Source of the DNA: an uncultured Actinomycetes bacterium
GTDB lineage: Bacteria; Actinomycetota; Acidimicrobiia; Spongiisociales; DATADW01
Direction of reading: 5' to 3'
Assembly (NCBI GenBank): GCA_963780745.1
Contig: CAWACT010000010.1
Coordinates: 305,318-369,317 of the forward strand
Length of the DNA stretch: 64,000 bases
Part shown: positions 54,725 through 64,000 of the stretch, in pieces
Numbering within the stretch: position 1 is the stretch's first letter
Layout of the letters: every line of letters begins with the position of its first letter
Notes under the pieces: generated by a model
Told to the model about the DNA's origin: nothing
What the model saw: the letters and a program-made list of their open reading frames with translations, nothing else
Database searches by the model: none
Made by a program: the position numbers and the translations under genes

Positions 54725-56920
54725 TCAGTCGACGGGTTCGGGGAGGGCGGCGCTATCGAGGGCGGCGGCGAGGATCATGGCGATGTCCTGGACACGGACA
54801 TCATCGCCTCGCCCGATCTCCTTGACCCCGTCGTCGATCATCACGAGGCAGTACGGACAGGCGACGGCAACTGTAGAGGCGCCGGTGGCGACGGCCTCCT
54901 CCGCACGCTCCACGTTGACCTTCTTCCCGGTGTGCTCCTCCATCCAGAATCGGGCGCCACCCGCCCCACAGCACATGGCGCGGTTGCCACTGCGCGGCAT
55001 CTCGATCAGGCTTCCGGCTGCACCGGAGGCGGCAACCTCACGGGGCGGCAGGTACACGTCGTTGTGCCTCCCCAGATAACACGGGTCGTGGTAGGTGATC
55101 GCCCCATCACCGCCATCGGGCACCGGGACCAGACCACGCCGCATGAGCTCGGCCAGTAGCTGGCTGTGGTGAATCACCTCGTATGTGCCGCCGAGTTGGG
55201 GGTACTCGTTGGCCAGCGTGTTGAAGCAATGCGGGCACTGGGTCACCACGGTGCGCACCCCGAACTCGTCGAGGGTGGCGATGTTCTGCAGGGCGAGCTG
55301 CTGGAACACGTATTCGTTTCCGGACCGACGGGCAGGGTCACCGGTGCACAGCTCGCGGGGGCCGAGGATGGCGAAGTCGAGCCCGGCGTGGTGCATGAGC
55401 CGGGCCATCGACAACGTGACCGCCCGGTTGCGATCGTCAAAGGAGCCGGCGCACCCCACCCAGTAGAGGTAGTCGGCCGACTCAACACCGTCGCGACCGA
55501 GGACCGGTACCTCGAAGTCGAGTGACGCCGTCCAATCCGCCCTGGTCTGCTGACTCATTGCCCATGGGTTCGACTGGTTCTCCATGGCCAGATACGCCTT
55601 GCCCAACTCGGGTGGGAAGTCGGACATCATGAGAGAGAGATGGCGTCGCATGTCGAGGATCTTGTCGAGGATCTCGATGTTCACCGGGCAGATCTCGTCG
55701 CATGCCTTGCAGCTGGTGCACGACCACACCTCTTCGGGCTGGATCCGCTCGAAGACGCTCGCCGAGCTGACCGTTATCCCATCGACGGTCTCTACCGGCG
55801 GCGACACTGCTGGATCACCGGTGAGGGCGGCGACCTCGCCGAGCTTGATGACGATCTCGCGGGGGTCGAGCGGCTTCCCGGTGAGCTGCGCGGGGCACAC
55901 GGACGTGCAGCGACCGCAGATGGTGCAGGCATCGGTGTCGAGCAACTGCTTCCAGGTGAACTCGGTGATCTCGGCGGCGCCGACGGACTCGATGTCGTCG
56001 GTCTCCATCAGGTTGGGGACCGGCCGCATCGCCCCCTTGGGGCGCTGGCGTGGCGAGAGGACCATGTTCGCCGGTGAGGTGAACATGTGCCGCAGCTTCG
56101 TGGTGGGGAGAATCACCAGGAAGCCGCCGAAGGCGACGACATGTGCCACCCAGAACGTGCGGTGGAGAGCAACGGCCGCCGTCTCGGGGACGAGGAAACT
56201 CAGCGGATAACCGACGAATGACCAAACCTCGAACGCGGGCCGCCCGTCAACGACGATGCGAGCCGCCTCGGTGGCCAGCCCGCTGAGGCCGATGACCGCC
56301 AGGATCGCCAGGATCCATGCGTCCTCGGGCTTGGTCTTGGAGCGGATCCGCCACGGGCGCTGCCCATAACGGCGGAGCGCTCCGAGGGCCAGCCCTCCCA
56401 GGAACACGAGCGACGCCAGGTCGAGGATCGCCGAGTAACCCTGGTACACCCTCCCCTCGAGGAACTTGAACTGGTCGGGGAGGATGTGGTCGATCTCCAG
56501 AGTCACCGTCCCCAGGAAGAGGACGACGAAGCCCCAGTAGATCATGGAGTGCATCAACCCGGCGGCGGGGTCGCGCATCAGGGTCCGCATCGACAAACCG
56601 CGCAGGAGCTGGCGGAGCCGCTCCTTCCAGAGGCCGAGACGCCGGTCGGCCCCGCCCCGTCCCCAGTTGCGCGCTCTCAGAGCGAACAGATACGCCGCGA
56701 TGAACACCGCCGCGGTTACCGCCACATAGAAGAGGACTACGACTGCCCCCGGGATGTTGCCGAAGACCTCGCGCCCGACCTCAGGACGTCTGTCGTCGAA
56801 GAGCTCTCCCAGCCACCAGAGCGCCAGCGTGCCACCTGCCAGCACAAATGCCAGACCGAGAAGGAACCCGGCGGCGGTGAATCTCCGCTTGCGCTCCTCG
56901 GTCGCCGCCGGCTCTGTCAT
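54725..56920 (-). CDS. Membrane-anchored (Fe-S)-binding heterodisulfide-reductase-like oxidoreductase (Rv0338c-like)
   Basis: ATG 56920. NarI/DsrM-like TM region, two 4Fe-4S motifs (CTICGRCTSVCP, CTSCKACDEICP) and two CCG domains (CPHCFNT, CCGAGG). Confidence 0.8.
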   Translation of the reverse strand: MTEPAATEERKRRFTAAGFLLGLAFVLAGGTLALWWLGELFDDRRPEVGREVFGNIPGAVVVLFYVAVTAAVFIAAYLFALRARNWGRGGADRRLGLWKERLRQLLRGLSMRTLMRDPAAGLMHSMIYWGFVVLFLGTVTLEIDHILPDQFKFLEGRVYQGYSAILDLASLVFLGGLALGALRRYGQRPWRIRSKTKPEDAWILAILAVIGLSGLATEAARIVVDGRPAFEVWSFVGYPLSFLVPETAAVALHRTFWVAHVVAFGGFLVILPTTKLRHMFTSPANMVLSPRQRPKGAMRPVPNLMETDDIESVGAAEITEFTWKQLLDTDACTICGRCTSVCPAQLTGKPLDPREIVIKLGEVAALTGDPAVSPPVETVDGITVSSASVFERIQPEEVWSCTSCKACDEICPVNIEILDKILDMRRHLSLMMSDFPPELGKAYLAMENQSNPWAMSQQTRADWTASLDFEVPVLGRDGVESADYLYWVGCAGSFDDRNRAVTLSMARLMHHAGLDFAILGPRELCTGDPARRSGNEYVFQQLALQNIATLDEFGVRTVVTQCPHCFNTLANEYPQLGGTYEVIHHSQLLAELMRRGLVPVPDGGDGAITYHDPCYLGRHNDVYLPPREVAASGAAGSLIEMPRSGNRAMCCGAGGARFWMEEHTGKKVNVERAEEAVATGASTVAVACPYCLVMIDDGVKEIGRGDDVRVQDIAMILAAALDSAALPEPVD

Positions 56921-57077
56921 GCGCCGCCGAGAATAGGTGGTAGGTGGTAGCAGTCGATTCCCTCCCCCGGCGGGGGGAGTACCCGACGCCGCAGGCGCGG
57001 GGGAGGGGGGCTGGTCATCTCCCACGATGCGATAGGCCCGGCGAGGCGAGCACCGTTGGGAGCTCGGCGGCACCCCT

Positions 57078-57098
57078 ACCCGCTGCTCCGCAGCGGGT
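57078..57098 (-). terminator. Hairpin downstream of pspA (terminator-like)
   Basis: ACCCGCTGC-tcc-GCAGCGGGT, 9 bp stem, no U tract. Confidence 0.3.
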
Positions 57099-57120
57099 CC
57101 CTTCCCCCCTCCGGGACGGA

Positions 57121-57147
57121 GAAAGACGTCCGTCTTCCGTCTTCCGC
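57121..57147. repeat. Short CGTCTTC heptamer array (x2 plus a partial unit) with adjacent inverted GAAAGACG
   Basis: gaaagacg tc cgtcttc cgtcttc cgcc; it abuts the pspA stop codon (57148). Confidence 0.8.
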
Positions 57148-57930
57148 CTAGGTCTCGGATTGCTCCCCGTCGCCGGTGGCGGGCATTGCCTCGATCGGGG
57201 TTGCTTCGGGGGCCTCGGTTTCGAGACCGAGCTCGCGCCGCAGCTCTTCCAGCTTGGCGTCGGCACCCGCCACCGAGATCGCCTCGCGCAGCTCGGCTTC
57301 GGCACCTGCGGGTGTCGCCTCTCTCAGCTCGGTGCGCGCCTTGGCCGAGGCGAGCCGCTGGTTGATCTTGTCCTCGACCTTTTCGAGCGAGGGCGCCTCG
57401 GACTCCATGTTGGCCGAGATCGACTCGACCGCCGAGTTGACCGCTTCCTGCATGCGGGCTTGTTGCAGCGAGCCGAGGAGCTGCATCCGCTTGGCGGCGA
57501 GCTCCTGAAGCCGCATGGCGTTCTGCTGGACGGCGCCCTTGGCGGCGTCGGCCTGACCCACCGCGATCTCGTACTGGTCTTTGAGTGACTCGAGGTTGTT
57601 CTCAGCCGCTTGGAGCTTGAGCGCCAGGCTCTGCGCCGCCTGGTTCCATTTGCTCTCCGCCGCGGCGTCGCCGGCAGTCTTGGCCGAATCTCCCCTGAGC
57701 AGCGCCTGCTTCGCCATCTCACGCGTCTCGCCGACCGAGTCAGCCGACTGCTCGAGCTTCTGCTCGAGTTGGGTGCGGTGAGCGATCACCTTCGCCGCCT
57801 GGTTGCGCAGCTCCTGGTCGCGCTTGCGGGCTTCGGTGATTGCGACCTCGATCTCGACCTCGGGGTCCATGACCCGCTCGGCCGTGCCGCGAAACCACTG
57901 CTTGATGTAGTTCCAGATGCGCCTGAACAT
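57148..57930 (-). CDS. pspA: PspA/IM30 family protein
   Basis: MFRRIWNYIKQWFRGTAERVMDPEVEIEVAI...; long coiled coil with an acidic tail. Confidence 0.88.
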   Translation of the reverse strand: MFRRIWNYIKQWFRGTAERVMDPEVEIEVAITEARKRDQELRNQAAKVIAHRTQLEQKLEQSADSVGETREMAKQALLRGDSAKTAGDAAAESKWNQAAQSLALKLQAAENNLESLKDQYEIAVGQADAAKGAVQQNAMRLQELAAKRMQLLGSLQQARMQEAVNSAVESISANMESEAPSLEKVEDKINQRLASAKARTELREATPAGAEAELREAISVAGADAKLEELRRELGLETEAPEATPIEAMPATGDGEQSET

Positions 57931-58024
57931 CGGTGCCCCGCCTCCTGACTGGTTAGAAAGCGATCCTAAACCCGCTCAGTCGCTTGGTCTCCAGCCTGGG
58001 CGCCACCCGGCCGGGCTTCCGCGG

Positions 58025-58489
58025 TCAGCCGCCGAGCAGCTCTGATGTGACCTTGGCGACGTGTCCCTTGGCCCTGACGTTTCGCCAGGCCCGGTCGAGG
58101 GTCCCGTCGGTCCCCACCAGAAACGTCGAGCGGATGAGGCCCTCGAACTTCTTCCCGTAGAGGCTCTTGGTCCCCCATGCTCCGAAGGCCTCTGCCACGG
58201 CATGGTCCTCGTCGGACAGGAGCTGGAAGGGAAGCCCCTCCTTCGCCTTGAACTTGGCGTTGCGGTCGGGACGGTCCGGGCTGATCCCCACCACGCGGTA
58301 CCCGGCATCCTGCAGCGTCTCATAGCTGTCCCTGAAGTCGCACGCCTCGGCGGTGCACCCCGGGGTCATGGCCGCCGGGTAAAAGAAGATGACCGTCGGA
58401 GTGCCGTAGAGCTCCGCAGACGACACCTCGGCTCCGGTCTCGTCGGCGAGTGTGAACGTGGGCGCGGGGTCGCCGACTTCGGTTGTCAT
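58025..58489 (-). CDS. bcp: Thiol peroxidase / peroxiredoxin Bcp
   Basis: VIFFYPAAMTPGCTAEACDFRD...KFKAKEGLPFQLLSDED. Confidence 0.9.
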   Translation of the reverse strand: MTTEVGDPAPTFTLADETGAEVSSAELYGTPTVIFFYPAAMTPGCTAEACDFRDSYETLQDAGYRVVGISPDRPDRNAKFKAKEGLPFQLLSDEDHAVAEAFGAWGTKSLYGKKFEGLIRSTFLVGTDGTLDRAWRNVRAKGHVAKVTSELLGG

Positions 58490-58603
58490 GTGTTCTCCAT
58501 ACGTGTGAGGTTATTGGTTTCTCGCCCCGGGTGACGCGAGGCTCCCGCCGGTTGATCCGTCGGTGTCCGCTCGGGGGACGGCATTGCGAGTCACCGATTT
58601 AGC

Positions 58604-59520
58604 TCAGCTGCCGAAAAGCGCCTGTAGGAAGAACGAGACATTGGCCGGACGCTCCGCCAGTCTCCTGGTGAGGTAGGGGTACCACTGCGAGCCATAGGGG
58701 ACGTACACCGCGGAGTCTCTGGCCCGCCTCCACCAGCCTGCCGCTGCAGCTGCTCCCTGACCCCGTACAACATCTGGAACTCGAAGTAGTTGGTTCGGCC
58801 CTGGGCGAGAATCAGCGCGATCTCCACCAGCCGCTCGTCGTGGGTGGCTATCGCAGGCATACAGCCCTCCTCCGCCATCAGACGAGACATGAGGAGGGCG
58901 AAGTTGCCGTCGACAGCTTCCTTGCTCTGCAAGGCGACTTCGGGAGGCTCGGCGTATGCCCCTTTGCATAGCCGGATGTGGCCACCGAGAGGCGCCAAGG
59001 CCGCGACGTCGGCGGCGCTGCGGTGCAGACAGGCCTGGATGGCGAGCCCCAGGTTGCCCGACTCCTGCTGGACCTCGCTGTAGAGACGGACCGTCGACTC
59101 TGTCCAACGGCTGTCTTCCATGTCCACCGACACCGACTGCCCGGCGTCAGCCGCCGCCGCCGCCAGCTCCTTCAGCTGCCTGCTTGCGAGGTCATCGTCC
59201 ACACCCATCCCAAGCTGGGTGAGCTTCACCGAGATGTTGCCGTCGATTCCTTGTTCGGAGATCTGCTCGATGCAGTCGAGGTAGACCCGCTGGGCGCTGC
59301 GACACGCAGCGGGATCACCCACTTCCTCGCCGAGGTGATCGAGCGACGCCCGAATACCCTGCTCGTTGAGCTCGCGGGCGGCCGCCAGCCCATCGGCCAG
59401 CGACTCCCCGGCGACAAATCGATGCGCCAGCGCCAGACCGGCCGAAGTGCGGGTGAAGGCGGCACGCACCGGTGGGAATCGGGTTGCTGCCAGCACTGAG
59501 CCAGTGAATGCACCCGGCAA
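58604..59520 (-). pseudogene. Proline dehydrogenase, two frame shifts near the 3' end
   Basis: TTG 59520. HRFVAGESLADGLAAARELNEQGIRASLDHLGEEV...SVKLTQLG...VDMEDSRWT...IRLCKGAY...ATHDERL...FQMLYGV. The tail LVEAGQRLR then [28 protein letters not shown] needs shifts about 58740 and 58710. Confidence 0.85.
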
Positions 59521-59522
59521 TG

Positions 59523-60347
59523 TCAGTCCTCGCTCTCCGCCGCCGAGCCGAGCTGACGGGCGCGTTCGGCGGCGGCCCGGACCGCGTCCTCGACGATCGC
59601 CCGGAAGCCTCGCTCCTCCAACACATGGACGGCGGCGGCGGTGGTCCCACCCGGCGATGTGACCTGGGACCGCAGCTCGAAGGGGCCGAGGTCGGTCTCG
59701 ACGAGCAGGGCACCGGCACCCTTGATGGTCTGGTTGACCAGGCGTTCGGCGAGATCGCGGGGTAGTCCCTCGCGGACCGCCGCCTCGGTCAGCGCCTCGG
59801 CGAGAAGGAAGGCATATGCCGGGACCCGTCCCGGATACGGCGGTCACCGCATCCAACAGGGCCTCGTCCATCACGGTCACCTCGCCGGCAGCCCGGAGCA
59901 CCGAGGCGGCGAGGTCGACCGCGTTCTGGTCGGCATGGCTACCGGGGGCGATCCCGGTGATCCCCTCCCCCACGAGAGCCGGGGTGTTGGGCATTGCCCG
60001 CACCACTCCGACCCGGCCAAGTGCCTCCTCGAGAAGCCTGGTACGAACCCCGGCGGCAAGCGTCAGCACGACCTGATGCTCGGTGACAGCACCAGCGATC
60101 TGGCCGAGCAGTGCCGGGACGTCGATCGGCTTCACCGAGACAACCACCAGATCCGCGCCTTCGAGCGCCTTGGCAGGATCGAGGAGACATCTCACCCCGA
60201 CCCTCTCCTCGACATCGGCGGCCCTTTCCGGCGGCGCGCCGCAAGCGTGATCTCATCAGCCTGCCAACCGGCGCGGAGCAGCCCGAGGGCCAGCGCCTGA
60301 CCCATGGCGCCAGCGCCGAGGATGGCGACAGTTGGTCGCTCGCTCAT
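59523..60347 (-). pseudogene. proC: Pyrroline-5-carboxylate reductase, two frame shifts
   Basis: MSERPTVAILGAGAMGQALALGLL, then ERAADVEERVGVRCLLDPAKALEGADLVVVSVKP...RAMPNTPALVGEG, then AYAFLLAEAL...SPGGTTAAAV. Shifts about 60230 and 59825. Track ORF 58591..60195 is an artefactual ProC/ProDH read-through. Confidence 0.88.
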
Positions 60348-61045
60348 GGCGTTGAGACAGTAGACAACGGCGATTGGCGCAGGTGGTCCCGCAGCATTCC
60401 TCCCACGGTGCGCACCGCGCTCGGCTTGAAGCCCTCGGGAATGATGATGTCGGCGTACCGCTTCGAGGGTTCGACGAACTGGAGGTGCATAGGCCGGACC
60501 GTCGCCTCGTACTGATCGATCACCGATGCATAGGTGCGCCCCCGGTCGCGGGTGTCGCGCCGCAGGCGGCGCAGCAATCGAAGGTCTGCGTCGGCATCGA
60601 CGTAGATCTTCAGATCGCACCGCCGGCGCAACTCGGGCTCGGCCAGGATCATCAGACCCTCGATCAAGATCACGGGGCGGGGGTCGACGACCACGGTCTC
60701 GTCCATCCGCAGGTGGGCGGCGAAGTCGTAGCGGGGCTTGAGCACACGCCTCCCGGCGAGCAGGTCCTCCAGGTGCTCGAGCATCAGGTCGGTCTCGAAG
60801 GAATCGGGGTGGTCGTAGTTGATGGCAGCCCGATCCTCGAAGGGGAGATCGGGACGGTGGTGGTAGTAGCCGTCGTGCTCGAGGACGGCGACCGCGTCGC
60901 TGCCCACTTGCGACACCAACTCCTGAGCGATGAGCGACTTCCCCGATGCCGAACCCCCGGCGATGCCCACCACGAGTGACTTGCCAAGCGGCCAGGAAGC
61001 GACCAGATCGGCGGTGAGCGGCGGGCGATGGCTGAGGCCGGACAC
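60344..61045 (-). CDS. udk: Uridine kinase
   Basis: VVGIAGGSASGKS (P-loop)...NYDHPDSF...ILIEGL...RRLRRDTRDRGR. Confidence 0.9.
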   Translation of the reverse strand: MSGLSHRPPLTADLVASWPLGKSLVVGIAGGSASGKSLIAQELVSQVGSDAVAVLEHDGYYHHRPDLPFEDRAAINYDHPDSFETDLMLEHLEDLLAGRRVLKPRYDFAAHLRMDETVVVDPRPVILIEGLMILAEPELRRRCDLKIYVDADADLRLLRRLRRDTRDRGRTYASVIDQYEATVRPMHLQFVEPSKRYADIIIPEGFKPSAVRTVGGMLRDHLRQSPLSTVSTP

Positions 61046-61065
61046 GGTGTGGGATCAGAGCGGTC

Positions 61066-61619
61066 TCATCGACCGCTCTTCATCTCGCGCTTGCGCGCCC
61101 TGAGGTCGGCCACGTCTTCCCATCTGGCGACATCGGCGATCGATGGCCAGTCGGCGGCCACTTCCTCCCAGCCGGGCGGGCCAAGGCCAAGACGCTTTCC
61201 CACGATGCCAACGAAAATGCGCGCCTTCTGCACACCAAATCCAGGGAGCTCACGCAGCCTCTTGAGGAGCTCGTCCCCACTTTCGGCGGACTCCCAGAGC
61301 AGCTCCGCCACCCCCCATACTTCTCGAGCAGCATGCCGCACAGCTCCTGGGTCCGCTTCGCCATCGAACCGGGGTAGCGGTGGATTGCCGGGGGTCCGCG
61401 GAAGATCGCTGCCAGGTGGTCGGGGTCCGTCTCGGCGATCACCGTGCAATCGAGCTGTTGCCCGAGCCTCTCTTGGAGCAGATAAGGACCGTAAAAAGCC
61501 CGCTCCATAGGGAACTGCTGGTCGAGCAGCATCCCGATGAGGAGCGCCAGCCCGCTCTCGGCGAGAAACCGGTCGGCGTCGGCGTTGCCTGTCCATGGCA
61601 GGCTTTCGGGCGTCGCCAC
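61066..61619 (-). pseudogene. HhH-GPD-type base-excision DNA repair protein, one frame shift
   Basis: LPWTGNADADRFLAESGLALLIGMLLDQQFPMERAF...HRYPGSMAKRTQELCGMLLEKYGG, then VAELLWESAESGDELLKRLRELPGFGVQKARIFVGIVGKRLG. The shift is at the C6 run near 61310-61317. Confidence 0.8.
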
Positions 61620-61802
61620 GGCGGCGACCCTAGCCCGCGGTCAACGGAGCCAGGCGATCAGCACCCAGATCACCAGCATCAAGGAGGGTGCGAGCCCCAA
61701 GACAGCGACGGTGTAGCGGGATGACAGGAGGAAACGGTCGTGCCATCGCTCCTGGTTCGCAACTTGCCGGAGAGCGGATTGGTGAGCAGGCCGATCGGGA
61801 TC

Positions 61803-61863
61803 TCCCAACCCAGGGCTGGCAGCTACCCAGGCGGTACTTCCCAACCCAGGGCTGGCAGCTACC
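61803..61863. repeat. Two perfect 25 bp direct repeats (TCCCAACCCAGGGCTGGCAGCTACC), 36 bp apart centre to centre, upstream of the carboxyltransferase gene
   Basis: Copies at 61803-61827 and 61839-61863. Each contains the palindromic core CCAGGGCTGG. TAGTCT lies at 61873-61878, only 7 nt before ATG 61886. Confidence 0.85.
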
Positions 61864-61885
61864 GCTCGGGCGATAGTCTCGCTGG

Positions 61886-63484
61886 ATGCGCCCCTTGCCC
61901 ACCCGGGTCGACCGAGCCGACCACGAGTTCGTCGCCAACCGGAGCTGGATGTTGGAGCGTCTCGACGAGTTCGAGGCGTTGCTGGCGCAGGCTCGCGCCG
62001 GCGGGGGCGAGAAGTACGTGGCTCGCCACCGCTCGCGGGGGAAGCTGCTGGCGCGGGAGCGGATCGAGATGCTGCTCGATCGCGACTCGCCCTTCCTGGA
62101 GCTGTCCACCCTGGCGGCGTGGGGTTCGGACAAGCCCCTCGGCGCCAATGTGGTCACCGGGATCGGGGTGATCTCCGGTGTGGAATGCGTCATCTCGGCC
62201 CACGATCCGACCAGCCAGGCAGGGTCGTCCAACCGCTACTCGCTGGCCAAGTCGCTGCGAGCGCAGGACATCGCGATGGAGAACCGGCTCCCTCTGGTCA
62301 ACCTGGTCGAGTCCGGTGGCGCCGACCTGCCCGACCAAGCCGAGGTGTTCATCACGGGCGGCAAGTGGTTTCGCAACCTCACCCAGCTGTCAAAGAAGGG
62401 CATCCCAACGATCGCCATCGTCTTCGGAAGCTCTACTGCGGGTGGGGCGTACGTCCCCGCCATGTGCGACTACTCCGTGATGGTCAAGGAGCGGGCCAAG
62501 GTATTCCTGGGCGGGCCACCCCTCGTCAGGATGGCCACCGGTGAGGAATCGACAGACGAGGAGCTGGGCGGGGCCGAAATGCACTCCCGGACCTCTGGGC
62601 TATCGGACTACTTCGCCGTCGACGAGCTCGACGCCATCCGCATCGGCCGCGAGATCGTGGTCCATCTCAACTGGCGGAAGATGGGTCCGGGGCCGAGCAT
62701 GCCGGCCGAAGAGCCCATTCACGATCCGGAGGACCTCCTCGGGCTCATCCCACGAGATCCGCGCGTCCCGTTCGACATGCGCGAAGTGCTGGCCAGAGTC
62801 CTCGACGGCTCGCTCTTCGACGAGTACAAGCCGCTCTACGGGACGTCGATGGTCACCGGTTGGGGGTCGATCCACGGTTTCCCGGTGGGGGTCGTGGCCA
62901 ACCAGCAGGGGGTCATCTTCTCCGAGGAAGCTCACAAGGCCACCGAGTTCATCCAGCTGTGCAACCGCTACGACACCCCGATCGTCTTCGTCCACAACAC
63001 AACCGGGTACATGGTCGGGAGGGACTACGAGCAGAGAGGGATCATCAAGGACGGGGCCAAGATGATCAATGCCGTGGCCAACTCCACGGTTCCCCATCTA
63101 GCGCTCATGGCCGGCGTCTCCTATGGGGCGGGCAACTACGGGATGAGCGGCAAGTCGTACAACCCCCGGTTCGTCTTTGGCTGGCCCACCCACAAGGTGG
63201 CGGTCATGGGCCCCAGGCAACTCGCCGGGGTGATGTCGATCATCGGAAGGCAGGCGGCCGAGGCGCAGGGACGACCCTTCGACGAGGACGCCGACGCCGC
63301 CATGCGTGCCTCCATCGAGCAACAGATCGAGCATGAGGAACTGGCCTATTTCTCCACCGCCCGAGTCCGCGACGACGGGCTGTTCGACCCGCGCGACACC
63401 AGGACCGTGCTCGGGATCGGTCTCTCTGCCGCCCACTCCGGCGAGGTGCGTGGCACCGCCGAGTTCGGCGTCTTCCGGATGTGA
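61886..63484 (+). CDS. Acyl-CoA carboxylase carboxyltransferase (beta) subunit, methylcrotonyl-CoA carboxylase-like
   Basis: 532 aa: GGGEKYVARHRSRGKLLARERIEMLLDRDSPFLELS...GSSTAGGAYVPAM...HNTTGYMVG...GAGNYGM. Confidence 0.88.
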   Translation: MRPLPTRVDRADHEFVANRSWMLERLDEFEALLAQARAGGGEKYVARHRSRGKLLARERIEMLLDRDSPFLELSTLAAWGSDKPLGANVVTGIGVISGVECVISAHDPTSQAGSSNRYSLAKSLRAQDIAMENRLPLVNLVESGGADLPDQAEVFITGGKWFRNLTQLSKKGIPTIAIVFGSSTAGGAYVPAMCDYSVMVKERAKVFLGGPPLVRMATGEESTDEELGGAEMHSRTSGLSDYFAVDELDAIRIGREIVVHLNWRKMGPGPSMPAEEPIHDPEDLLGLIPRDPRVPFDMREVLARVLDGSLFDEYKPLYGTSMVTGWGSIHGFPVGVVANQQGVIFSEEAHKATEFIQLCNRYDTPIVFVHNTTGYMVGRDYEQRGIIKDGAKMINAVANSTVPHLALMAGVSYGAGNYGMSGKSYNPRFVFGWPTHKVAVMGPRQLAGVMSIIGRQAAEAQGRPFDEDADAAMRASIEQQIEHEELAYFSTARVRDDGLFDPRDTRTVLGIGLSAAHSGEVRGTAEFGVFRM

Positions 63485-63525
63485 CGCGCCAGCCCCATCT
63501 CGGCACCACAACTACCCTCAGCCAA

Positions 63526-64000
63526 GTGACCCGCATCACCAAGCTGGTCGTGGCCAACCGGGGCGAGATCGCCCGACGGGTTGCCCGCACCGCCAAGGCG
63601 ATGGGGATAGCCACCGTCGCTGTCTTCTCCGAACCGGACTCCGATGCGCCGTTCGTCGCCGAAGCCGACGAGTCGGTGCCGCTTGGTGGGACCACCCCTG
63701 CCGAGTCCTATCTCCGAGGCGACCGCATCATCGCGGCCGCCAAGCTGACCGGAGCCGATGCAGTTCATCCGGGGTACGGGTTTCTCGCCGAGAGCGCGTC
63801 CTTTGCCCAGGCCGTCATCGACGCCGGACTGGTGTGGGTGGGACCCCCGCCGTCTGCGATCGCGGCGATGGGCTCGAAGCTCGAGGCGAAACGGATCATG
63901 GATGGGGCCGGGGTTCCCACCCTCCCCTCGATCGACTTGACCGGCCTTGACGAAGAGGGAATGGCGAACGCTGCTGAGCAGATCGGGTGGCCGGTCCTGG
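63526..64000 (+). CDS. Acyl-CoA carboxylase biotin carboxylase (alpha) subunit, N-terminal part (runs off the window end)
   Basis: GTG 63526. ITKLVVANRGEIARRVARTAKAMGIATVAVFSEPD...HPGYGFLAES..FA...GLVWVGPPPSAIAAMGSKLEAK. Absent from the track because it has no stop in the window. Confidence 0.88.
   Translation, partial: MTRITKLVVANRGEIARRVARTAKAMGIATVAVFSEPDSDAPFVAEADESVPLGGTTPAESYLRGDRIIAAAKLTGADAVHPGYGFLAESASFAQAVIDAGLVWVGPPPSAIAAMGSKLEAKRIMDGAGVPTLPSIDLTGLDEEGMANAAEQIGWPVL

Noticed and set aside
58591-60195. 534-aa ORF suggesting a ProC-proline dehydrogenase fusion protein
   Set aside because: The middle ~110 residues are Arg/Gly/Pro-rich off-frame translation. Restoring the proC frame yields a normal ProC C-terminus with its own stop at 59523, followed by a separate proline dehydrogenase start.
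61630-62232. 200-aa and 67-aa reverse-strand ORFs in and upstream of the carboxyltransferase gene
   Set aside because: The long ORF is antisense to the carboxyltransferase. The short one (61641..61844) ends in a TM-like segment but has no RBS or family support and spans the direct repeats.

Overview
High-GC (roughly two-thirds G+C) chromosomal segment with an Actinomycetota-type gene set (F420-dependent enzymes, HbhA-like and Rv0338c-like proteins, a ClpS-DUF2017 pair); an Acidimicrobiia-like origin is only a guess. Most of it is core metabolism: the 5' part of rpoB, a Bacillus-type caa3 cytochrome oxidase locus (ctaB, ctaC-D-E-F-G), scattered aromatic amino-acid genes (two DAHP-synthase paralogs, tyrA, pheA), selD, greA, mgtE, nadE, glnE, a form-II-like coxS-L-M molybdenum hydroxylase with distant accessory genes (coxD, coxE, xdhC, mocA), pspA, bcp, proC/proline dehydrogenase, udk, and an acyl-CoA carboxylase pair at the 3' edge. 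I found no rRNA, tRNA, CRISPR array, transposase or integrase. Five things deserve a second look. (1) An eRF1/Pelota-like (baeRF) gene with a zinc ribbon sits between the MoxR ATPase and the VWA protein of the cox accessory cluster. (2) A 9.6 kb block (about 33.75-43.4 kb) has every gene broken by single-base frame shifts, at least 30 in total, while its flanks are almost clean. This is most likely a local sequence-quality problem, but real gene decay is not excluded. (3) One DAHP-synthase paralog has lost its metal and PEP ligands and is fused to an intact chorismate mutase. (4) Heptanucleotide tandem arrays of four different unit sequences occupy intergenic spacers, and one locus carries a ~210 bp structured unit duplicated in tandem. 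(5) Several small regulatory-looking structures and one 26-codon hydrophobic ORF are also present. All calls come from reading translations and motifs by eye; no database search was run.
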